Positions 7,751 through 14,746 of a stretch of DNA of 14,746 nucleotides are shown here, one piece after another. Made by a program: the position numbers and the translations under genes. The DNA is from Candidatus Helarchaeota archaeon. Its GTDB lineage: Archaea; Asgardarchaeota; Lokiarchaeia; Helarchaeales; RDOG01. The notes under the pieces are model-generated. The model did no database searches, was not told the origin of the DNA, and worked only from the letters and a program-made list of their open reading frames with translations. Positions within the stretch are counted from its first letter, which is position 1. Each line of letters opens with the position of its first letter. Where the stretch lies: the NCBI GenBank assembly GCA_029838215.1, contig JALGVI010000083.1, positions 1-14,746 on the forward strand. Reading direction: 5' to 3'.

Positions 7751-8362
7751 ATGAAACCTTTAAAAATAACAATTTTTTCGGATTATATCTGTCCTTTCTG
7801 TTTTTTAGCAAAAGAAGTCATGAAACGGGTTGATAGGAGCTTTGAGCTTGATGTTGAATGGAAATCCTACGAGTTACACCCTGTTGGAGAATGGATGCCC
7901 GATATCAATTCAGCATATATTCGCATGGCTTGGTTGAACGTTCAACGCATTGCAAGTGAAAACCATATTGACATTAAGCTGCCTTCGTATCTTTGCAATT
8001 CACGAAGAGCTCTTGAGTTGGCAGAGGTTGCCCGAGGTCATGGTGAAAATGAATTTCACGAATGCCATGAACGGATCTTTAATGCATATTTTCTGGAAGG
8101 AAAGAACATAGAAAAAGAAAACGTATTGTTAAAAATTGGAAGTGAAGCAGGATTGGAAGAAAAGGAAATGAAACAAGCCTGGAAGGACGAATCATTCCTA
8201 CCAATCTTACAAGAGAATAAAGAATATTTGCACGATCACGGAATCACGGGCGTGCCGACGTTTTTTATTGGAAGTCAAAATCCAAGCGTGATTTTTGGGC
8301 TGTATCCGCAAGAAAAGATTGAAAAAGTCATCAGGAAATACATGAAAACGATGCAAGAATGA
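7751..8362 (+). CDS. DsbA-family (FrnE-like) thiol-disulfide oxidoreductase, probably cytoplasmic
   Basis: IFSDYICPFCF (CxxC), SYELHP, NSRRALEL, GITGVPTF (cis-Pro loop). No signal peptide. Confidence 0.88.
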   Translation: MKPLKITIFSDYICPFCFLAKEVMKRVDRSFELDVEWKSYELHPVGEWMPDINSAYIRMAWLNVQRIASENHIDIKLPSYLCNSRRALELAEVARGHGENEFHECHERIFNAYFLEGKNIEKENVLLKIGSEAGLEEKEMKQAWKDESFLPILQENKEYLHDHGITGVPTFFIGSQNPSVIFGLYPQEKIEKVIRKYMKTMQE

Positions 8363-8396
8363 AATAATTACAAAAAAAGAGTAATGGAAGTAGAAT

Positions 8397-10904
8397 TCAC
8401 TCCGTGATGTGATTTTGTTGCATGTAATCAGTTAGGACCTTCACACCCTGTTCACTAAGCGAATAGAATCGGAAGTTTGAGGATTCTGCTTGCACGATCA
8501 GTTGAACTGCCATTCCAATATTGAGAATTTCTTCAATGATAATGGGATGTAGATTCGTGCGGGTCTGAATGCCATCTTTTCGGGATTGAAGGGAGTCAAG
8601 TAAATCTTTCATGACGAGATACGGAAAATAAAACTGTGGACCTTCAGTGGGCATTCCAAAAACGTAGAAATATTCTTCCAATGCAGTTCGTTGTGGAACT
8701 TGAGTGGTTTCAGGTGAGAATGCAATTGAGTTTTGAACGCGTATTTTGAGATCGTCATCCGTGAAATGTTCGGAGAGATCCGGAATGGAAAGGAATACGG
8801 GAAATGCTTCAAGAACATCAGGACGCTTGAGCAATGCTTGGGCTGGTGGGAGGTTTTTCAAGTATGTTATGCGTGGTTTTTGCTTTTTATTATGAGGATC
8901 GATCCCAAGAAGCGGAAGAAGAGTCTTGAGGTCGAAAGGATCTCGAACAGTCGTGGAAAAAATCGTTTCAAAATGTGCAAGAATGTGCGAAGGAAATGCT
9001 TCACTCGCGTGCGGAAGATCTTGAACCAAGCAAGTTCGTGTATGACGACAAAGAGTAAAAATCTTGTCGAATACCTTACAAGGTTTTCTGAAATCGCCTT
9101 GGAAGACTTGTTCAACATCGTTATATATGATAAATCCTTGCAATCCTTGATCTTGAAGAGTCAAAAGAATCTTGAATAGCAAGAGAAGACTGGCGGCTAA
9201 ATGATCGTTATAATAATGTTCGTCGATTTCGATAAGGATGGGTTCACGACGCACGAGTTGTTTCATTGGAATCTTTGTATTCTGCAGGGCGGAAGCGATA
9301 TATCCCTTTGACCAACTATCAAAAACGTGATGTAATCGTTGATATTCGCGGGCATCTCTTATATCCAAGTCTTTCACGTGGATCGCATTCAAGAGCTCCT
9401 GATTGATCTGACTTGGACCAGTATTGGGCGTTGAATTGCCAACAGTAACTTGCTTGTGTAACAAATCCATTATCTTATTCTTGAGGAGCGTGAGTGTTTG
9501 TGGCGTTAATGGAAATAGAGTTTCGATGATTTTTAGAGCGCATGTAGCATAATATTCAGGATCAATTCCTTCAGTATCGAAAAATCCGAAACTGGCATCC
9601 TGTCCTAGGCGCAATACCAAGAGTTGGGGAAAGATTTTAGCAAGATCGCGTAAGCGTTTCTTTTTAGTAATGATGATGCACGGTTTTTCCGCCTTTAACA
9701 AGTTATATAGTAGACATTCAGCAATACGTGAGCGGCGTTCGGGATGATCTCCCGAAATCAAGATGGAACCTTTAAGATGAGCTTCTAAGAGTCCAACTTT
9801 GGTTTCTGATACGGCCCAAGTAGGATCATAAGTCGTGCCGAAAGGAGTAAAATCATATCCCAAGTTAGTGGGCACGATGAACTGGGCATTGGGCACGTGT
9901 GAAAGTGACTTTTTAATGGTATTAGAAAGACGAAAAACGTTATTTATAACTTCACGCCCGGATAAGAGGAATTTATGCTCGGATTCAGGAAATGCGGCAG
10001 TCTTAATGAAATGAATGAGCTGAGGCTTTTTGAAAGGGACCACCTTAGACTCACGAAAACTAGAAGACGTGATTGCAAACAATCGCTGCCCTTGTAACGA
10101 TACTTGTCGCCAGAGACCTGCCCGAATGTCCGAGAAAATGCCATTAAACTTGCTCTGGACTGCCATCGTGGTGAAATAAATCGCCCCTTTCCAGACACCT
10201 GCGTGATCGTTTTTTATTATTTCGACATGCTTTTTCAAGTTTTTCTTAGAAATTTTTTTGCGTTCTCTCCAGGAAAATAGTGTTTTATAATTGTCTGGAT
10301 TCAGCGGTGCAATGTCTAACCAATAACTAAATGGAATGCGAGCTCCATAAAGTTGATCCACGACATTCTCAAATTTTCCCTCGATTTTAGATGGAAATTC
10401 CGTGATTTCATAGACTTTCATTCCATAGATCTCTTCATCACTCTCAAAAAATAAAACATCACCCTTTCCCATCCCATTAGAATTGTCGGGCTTCCAGAAA
10501 TAACAAGCCTGGGGTCGCAGGGGAGATATTCTTTCAATATCTTTTACTGTTGAAAGCCATGAAACCAAACTTGACCTGATATGAGGTTGAAGAAAGAAAA
10601 TTAAGGAACCAAAAATCGATAAAAATAAGGAATATCCCAATACCAGACTCAAGTAGATGTTTACGAAACCAAATAAACAAATGGGAATGAGGAATGAAGC
10701 TAAAGCAATACATCCTGAAATTATTAAACCATTAAAAGATACTAGAGGATTAGAAACAAATTTACGCTTTTTCCAAGTAATGCTAGACTTGAAAGTATTA
10801 AGTCCGGGAAATTCGCCCATCTCAAGACCGGCTTTAAGAACTTGTCGCATTAAAGCTGCTTGAGAAAAACGAGAATTCCCATTGAAATTCATCTTTTTTT
10901 GCAT
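8397..10904 (-). CDS. Membrane-anchored HerA/VirB4-like (DUF87-type) P-loop protein with degenerate catalytic motifs and C-terminal winged-helix-like segment
   Basis: Two TM helices (about aa 55-105). Secondary-structure spacing matches FtsK-HerA cores: SILISGDHPERRS at the Walker A position, KPCIII strand, FIIYNDVEQVF at the Walker B position, LKNLPPAQALL...AFPV at the C-terminal strand. ATG 10904 lies 6 nt after TGAGGTG, so it is preferred over GTG 10913. Confidence 0.6.
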   Translation of the reverse strand: MQKKMNFNGNSRFSQAALMRQVLKAGLEMGEFPGLNTFKSSITWKKRKFVSNPLVSFNGLIISGCIALASFLIPICLFGFVNIYLSLVLGYSLFLSIFGSLIFFLQPHIRSSLVSWLSTVKDIERISPLRPQACYFWKPDNSNGMGKGDVLFFESDEEIYGMKVYEITEFPSKIEGKFENVVDQLYGARIPFSYWLDIAPLNPDNYKTLFSWRERKKISKKNLKKHVEIIKNDHAGVWKGAIYFTTMAVQSKFNGIFSDIRAGLWRQVSLQGQRLFAITSSSFRESKVVPFKKPQLIHFIKTAAFPESEHKFLLSGREVINNVFRLSNTIKKSLSHVPNAQFIVPTNLGYDFTPFGTTYDPTWAVSETKVGLLEAHLKGSILISGDHPERRSRIAECLLYNLLKAEKPCIIITKKKRLRDLAKIFPQLLVLRLGQDASFGFFDTEGIDPEYYATCALKIIETLFPLTPQTLTLLKNKIMDLLHKQVTVGNSTPNTGPSQINQELLNAIHVKDLDIRDAREYQRLHHVFDSWSKGYIASALQNTKIPMKQLVRREPILIEIDEHYYNDHLAASLLLLFKILLTLQDQGLQGFIIYNDVEQVFQGDFRKPCKVFDKIFTLCRHTRTCLVQDLPHASEAFPSHILAHFETIFSTTVRDPFDLKTLLPLLGIDPHNKKQKPRITYLKNLPPAQALLKRPDVLEAFPVFLSIPDLSEHFTDDDLKIRVQNSIAFSPETTQVPQRTALEEYFYVFGMPTEGPQFYFPYLVMKDLLDSLQSRKDGIQTRTNLHPIIIEEILNIGMAVQLIVQAESSNFRFYSLSEQGVKVLTDYMQQNHITE

Positions 10905-10941
10905 GCATGCCACCTCAGGACATAAAAAATATTGAATTCAA

Positions 10942-10968
10942 GAAATGCAAGCACGAAACTTGCATTTC
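10942..10968. promoter_or_regulatory. Perfect 10-bp inverted repeat upstream of the HerA/VirB4-like gene
   Basis: GAAATGCAAG 10942-10951, spacer CACGAAA, CTTGCATTTC 10959-10968. Lies between the TATA-like TATTAAAAG (minus strand) and the SD. Confidence 0.5.
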
Positions 10969-10974
10969 CTTTTA

Positions 10975-11010
10975 ATACATGTTCGCAAGGTTGGGTGCTT
11001 CAACCATAGC
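10975..11010. repeat. Left copy of a long inverted repeat (IR-L)
   Basis: 10975-11001 ATACATGTTCGCAAGGTTGGGTGCTTC. Its reverse complement matches 14288-14314 at 26/27; looser similarity continues to 11010 (GCTATGGTT versus GCTACGGC). Confidence 0.9.
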
Positions 11011-11326
11011 TTGCTATTATTCAATCTTCAAATGAAGGTAATGAGTGTTCCAATCTCATATTTGCAAGGCACGGATGCACCCCGATTGAGGATCGAAAAA
11101 TTGAGATGAGAAAAAAAGGAGAAAATGTCGGAACTTTCTTCCTAAAAAAAACAACGCTCAAATCATTCTTTTAGACATTGAATGGAGTTTGTAGTGCGTG
11201 ATAAAAAAATTATGCTTACGTTCTTTTTGATCCTGAAGGGTAACCATTAACCTCAATATTTTCGTCTAAATACCATTATTTCTTGGAATAGAACTTGATT
11301 TAATTGTTGAAGTGAAAGATCATCTT

Positions 11327-11479
11327 GGTGCGGAAAAATCCCGCCGAGCAGCGTGTATTACAAAACGATACGGGGTTCGGGTCGAAGCAACCCGGATTTC
11401 GAAATCCAAACCTTCGGGTTTGGTCTCTACTTTTTTAAAATACACGCTCCCGGTGGAACCCGCGAGGGTCTCCACCCCC
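11327..11479. ncRNA. Unidentified highly structured element (candidate ncRNA or DNA hairpin cluster)
   Basis: About 54% GC by manual count in AT-rich flanks. A 10-bp perfect stem 11350-11359/11439-11448 encloses three abutting hairpins (11378-11394, 11394-11407, 11406-11423), with extra hairpins at 11330-11344 and 11452-11476. Confidence 0.55.
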
Positions 11480-11544
11480 ATTTTAAAAAATTTGGCTAGT
11501 TGGCTCAAAACACAAAAATTAATTAAAAAATACAGTTAGAATTC

Positions 11545-12932
11545 TCATTTTCTTCTAAATTTATTCTCTTGAAATTTCGGACGTTTTTTCAACTGGTTCA
11601 TTAAATAAAAGCCCAAGATTATCCCTGCAATGATCAATACGCTGTACTGGATCATTTCACTGAACGGTAGTAAGAGAGGAGGGTATTTAATTGTTGCAAA
11701 ATCGAATTCTGAAAGTAGATAAGAAGAATTTGTGTAATATACTTGATTACCCTGTTGGTATTCGGCAGAATCCCACAAATCCCCATCCTGCCAAATCCAA
11801 TGAACCGTATCATTGTAAACGCAAAAGCGAACCGCCCGAGGATCATTTAATGCAGGAAAATAAAGGATTCGTGGCACTTGCCAAGAATTTAAGATCGGAT
11901 CATGATGTAAATAAGTTAAAAAAGAACCCTGCAATAACCAATCAATATTAATGATGTTCCAAGTTGGATAAGTCACGTGAATACCTCCGATATCGTCCGC
12001 ATGTAATTGAGCTTGTAGAGGTCTCAATTGGTTCCGCGAATCCTTGATCAAGTAGAAAGATTCAATCCCCGAATCACCAGACCATGTATAAATCGTGAAA
12101 TTATCGAGATCTAACGATGGAGCGTTGGCAATGAAAAGATGACCTGACTCACCACGTTCGATATCAATGAAATGATCGCATGTCGTAGTTTCCATGATGT
12201 CATTTGATACAATGAGCGTGAGATTATCCGTGTAAGTAAGGCTCACGAGTTGTGGTGGTTTGACACCGGTCATCTTGATGTAGATATAAGAAAAAACGTT
12301 CCCCTGTGGTAGAAGCCACGTTTCCGTAAACGATCCTTGCTGCAAATATGTAAACATGTCAATTGAATAAATCAATTTATCACTCAACGTCTCAGCAGTT
12401 AAGTTGTGGGCTACCAAGCGATATTCCACGTATAATCCCGCAGACTTCACGTACGAGAAATAACTAAGGTTATTTGTGGCCCAAAAACCATAATTTTCAT
12501 CAGTCCAACGTGCATGAATTAGGCTTGATGCCACCGTGCAGTTGAACCACGTATCATTATTTTTAAATTAAGAATTCTGGCGTGGGACAAGTACAGAGAA
12601 CCGTTAATGAATTCTTCAGTAATATTGTAGATTAGCGTGGATTGTGTAGTAAATCCACTATCTGATTTCACGCCATGATGCAATCCTCGCTCATCGAGCC
12701 AACATGCTTGCACGTGTCCTGAAGAATTAACGGAAATATCTGGTGAGTAGCTTGCAATATCTCCAAATCCGACTTGGAATGCACGTGATGAAGGCAAGGC
12801 AGAGCTTGAAATGAAACGAGTTGTTACTAAAGGCATTTCTTCAGGTACGAGCAAGATAGTAGAAAAAAAAATGAATGAACAGAATATAAATAGAAAAAGG
12901 ATGAAAGTAGCACGAACACGATGGCGACTCAT
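11545..12932 (-). CDS. Surface glycoprotein with beta-propeller-like repeats, N-terminal signal/anchor and C-terminal TM; split by a -1 frameshift near 12561
   Basis: ORF 12932-12519 carries a signal peptide and SYSPDISVNSSGHVQACW. ORF 12534-11545 continues open upstream to 12567 in the -1 frame and ends in a TM plus basic tail. The joined product is 462 aa with 11 N-x-S/T sequons. ATGA-coupled to the upstream gene, with SD AAAGGTGA. Confidence 0.65.
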
Positions 12933-14257
12933 GAAATCACCTTTACAGGAACGACATTAAGTGGAATCAATTCCTTTCCATGACAAGACGGACACTCGAA
13001 ATTTTTAGCATCCGTAAGAGCCGTCAAGTAATCCACAACGTGAAAGCAATTCTGACACTGGAAATCGAATGCATGTCGTGAAGAACCATTTTCATTCAAG
13101 GATTTATTCCGGTGGCGTGAATTGACAAGAACCATTGCTAAAGTCAGGAAGCGATCAGAAAGTCGATAAAATTCCTTGTGCCGGTCATCCATGAACCCCA
13201 CGATAAAACCCTTGTCTTGAAGGCGATAAAGTGCTTGACGAATGGCAGATGAGGAATAATCAAGGACATCTTCGAACCGTGAATAAGCAAATTCATCCAA
13301 TCCATGCTTCATTTTCAAATAGCAGGCAAATCCGAGCAAGATCAATTCAAGTTCGGAACAGTCGTGATGGTGAAGGATGCGTTGAAGAATGGGATACTTT
13401 AATTTATAAGCATTAAGAGCTTGAAGTGCAAGAAATTTCGCTTGTTGAACCCTAAATGCTTGTTGGAATCTTAAAACCGCAGAGGCGTATAAGTGAAGAC
13501 GACATGTCACGATTCCACTTGCATTGAGCTCATATTTTGTAAGTGAGGATTTAATGTCGTTATAAGAGAGAAAATCTTGTATCTGTCGTAGGAAATTCTG
13601 GGCAGGATCGTGTTGGTTTCGGACCTTCATGGCACGTACGGTTATGGTGCACTTACCCTGGAAGATACGGTTATTCTTGAACATGACAAACACGCGCTTG
13701 GAGTTAAAATAACCCGAAAGAATTTTCTCCTGGAGCGTGATGGGTAAATATTCAGGAATGCGGGGGGTTCTATAAAACGTCTTTCGTGAACCCATGATGG
13801 CATTAAAAAGCTTACAAAGAATCAGGGGAAACGTTATGATATATTCTCTAAAATAACGTCGATGTCGTGCCTTTTTATAGGTCTTACGCCCACGATCATG
13901 ATGTGATACATTAAAAGAAATATTCAAAGAACGTGAAAACGATTCGATAAGTGCAAGTTGACGATGCTGGACGCGTATGATAAATTGTTTTGACCAGAGT
14001 GCATTGCCAAGACATAACCCCAACATGTATGCCATTGTGGGCGTGACCGTCAGGGGAAACGGTAGCGTGAGAATAGTTCCGGGATTTTCTTTCAAGCGAA
14101 CTTTTATCATTCGCTCCTTGACTTTTGGCATTAAATTTGGGAAGAAGCTCGTCCACTTGTCTTTCTCGGAGTTATAATATTGAAAACCCTGCCTGCTCAA
14201 TTCTATCGTGAGCCTTTTTTCGACAGCGGTGGTTTGGTCGTTGTTTTCTCTCTTCAT
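12929..14257 (-). CDS. Degenerate LAGLIDADG domain fused to TFE-alpha-like winged helix and Cys4 zinc ribbon; putative transcription factor
   Basis: AYMLGLCLGNA (aa 76-86) and RIPEY...ILSGYFNSKR (aa 166-188) are two LAGLIDADG-type helices. AIRQALYRLQDKGFI is the wHTH. FQCQNC-x17-CPSCHG is the Zn ribbon. SD GAGGGT lies 8 nt before the ATG. Confidence 0.65.
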   Translation of the reverse strand: MKRENNDQTTAVEKRLTIELSRQGFQYYNSEKDKWTSFFPNLMPKVKERMIKVRLKENPGTILTLPFPLTVTPTMAYMLGLCLGNALWSKQFIIRVQHRQLALIESFSRSLNISFNVSHHDRGRKTYKKARHRRYFREYIITFPLILCKLFNAIMGSRKTFYRTPRIPEYLPITLQEKILSGYFNSKRVFVMFKNNRIFQGKCTITVRAMKVRNQHDPAQNFLRQIQDFLSYNDIKSSLTKYELNASGIVTCRLHLYASAVLRFQQAFRVQQAKFLALQALNAYKLKYPILQRILHHHDCSELELILLGFACYLKMKHGLDEFAYSRFEDVLDYSSSAIRQALYRLQDKGFIVGFMDDRHKEFYRLSDRFLTLAMVLVNSRHRNKSLNENGSSRHAFDFQCQNCFHVVDYLTALTDAKNFECPSCHGKELIPLNVVPVKVIS

Positions 14258-14279
14258 GGTCGCTTACCCTCAAAGGAGG

Positions 14280-14314
14280 GCTACGGCGAAGCACCCAACC
14301 TTGCGACCATGTAT
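14280..14314. repeat. Right copy of the long inverted repeat (IR-R)
   Basis: 14288-14314 GAAGCACCCAACCTTGCGACCATGTAT, the inverse of IR-L. Lies 30 nt upstream of the LAGLIDADG-TFE start codon and abuts TATAAAT. Confidence 0.9.
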
Positions 14315-14517
14315 AAATCATGGACAACGAAGCATCATTTGCTAATCATTAATTCATTGGAGATCCTTAATGATCTTGTCGAAGCTTAAAAAAATACAAA
14401 AGAATGCAATTTTACTGGGGAAGAATCAAATATTTTTCATGAAGATGAAAAAAAATGAAATGCAAGTCTTCTTTTTTTCCGTTGATTATCTTTTTAATAT
14501 TTAGTACATGTAAGAGA

Positions 14518-14746
14518 TTAAAGTTCCAGCCGGGTAAGGAAGAACTCCTTGATTTTTCTCAGTTCTAAAACACGATTACCAACATCTGTCAGTGGCAACA
14601 CGTAAAATCGCCTTTTATCACGATCCCCGTCGTATTTCACGCTTTTTCGGGCTTTTAGATCATTGTACGGCTGATAGTCCATTGAAACAGGTATTATCTC
14701 GGGAAGCGCACTAAGGACTTCGACCAAAAAGGCTTTCTTATGGTCG
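14518..14746 (-). CDS. 3' part of an unknown protein, runs off the right edge
   Basis: The frame is open from 14745 (DHKKAFLVEVLS...) to the stop at 14518, so the TTG at 14727 is probably not the true start. No recognisable motif. Confidence 0.55.
   Translation of the reverse strand, partial: DHKKAFLVEVLSALPEIIPVSMDYQPYNDLKARKSVKYDGDRDKRRFYVLPLTDVGNRVLELRKIKEFFLTRLEL

Noticed and set aside
8609-10863. ORFs nested in the 835-aa gene, including 8733-9179(+, 148 aa)
   Set aside because: They are antisense or alternate frames of one long uninterrupted ORF, with no SD or family signature.
11118-11145. AAGGAG followed by ATG TCG GAA CTT TCT TCC TAA
   Set aside because: Only 3-nt spacing and six codons inside an A-rich tract; likely chance.
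11327-11479. tRNA, 5S rRNA, group II intron domain V, or SAM/c-di-GMP riboswitch
   Set aside because: No T-loop/D-loop geometry or acceptor stem. It lacks the 5S GUUAAG segment. The GAGC...GTTC hairpin lacks the continuous lower stem and AC bulge of D5. The riboswitch core motifs are missing.
11312-11539. ORFs 11312-11539(+) and 11320-11508(-) over the structured element
   Set aside because: Short, mutually antisense and without an SD; the high GC and palindromy explain the lack of stops.
12519-12534. Two independent genes, or stop-codon readthrough (Sec/Pyl), for the split surface protein
   Set aside because: The halves are in different frames and the stop is TAA. The GTG at 12534 has no SD, and the second ORF lacks its own signal peptide.
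13448-14068. Active homing endonuclease or intein
   Set aside because: Catalytic acidic residues are replaced (N85, K187), and no N-terminal Cys/Ser block or C-terminal His-Asn splice motif is present.
13231-14389. ORFs 13231-13416(+), 13911-14156(-), 13977-14177(+), 14180-14389(+)
   Set aside because: They overlap the 442-aa gene or IR-R and have no motifs.
1-14746. CRISPR array, rRNA, tRNA, transposase or integrase
   Set aside because: No regularly spaced direct repeats, no rRNA/tRNA signatures, and no DDE or tyrosine/serine recombinase motifs were seen.

Overview
AT-rich archaeal window. The stand-alone XPF/ERCC4 nuclease, HEPN-MNT pair, TFE-like domain and GGAG/AGGTGA ribosome-binding sites point to an archaeon; the protein styles suggest an Asgard lineage (Loki/Hel-type), which is inference only. 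Left half (1-8.4 kb): a histidine operon hisG-D-C-B-H that stops before hisA/F/I/E, a convergent HEPN-MNT toxin-antitoxin pair, a 2-TM zinc-ribbon protein, and divergent XPF and FrnE/DsbA-like genes sharing one compact promoter. Right half (8.4-14.7 kb) is an unexplained accessory locus. A 27-bp inverted repeat (26/27 identical; 10975-11001 and 14288-14314) brackets a 3.3-kb cassette. The cassette holds (i) a catalytically degenerate LAGLIDADG domain fused to a TFE-alpha-like winged helix plus Zn ribbon, (ii) a translationally coupled surface beta-propeller-like glycoprotein gene split by a -1 frameshift exactly at a T_TTA_AAA slippery heptamer, and (iii) a GC-rich ~150-nt multi-hairpin element. 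Just outside lies an 835-aa membrane-anchored HerA/VirB4-like protein with decayed Walker A and B motifs. All family calls come from manual motif recognition; no database search or folding program was run.
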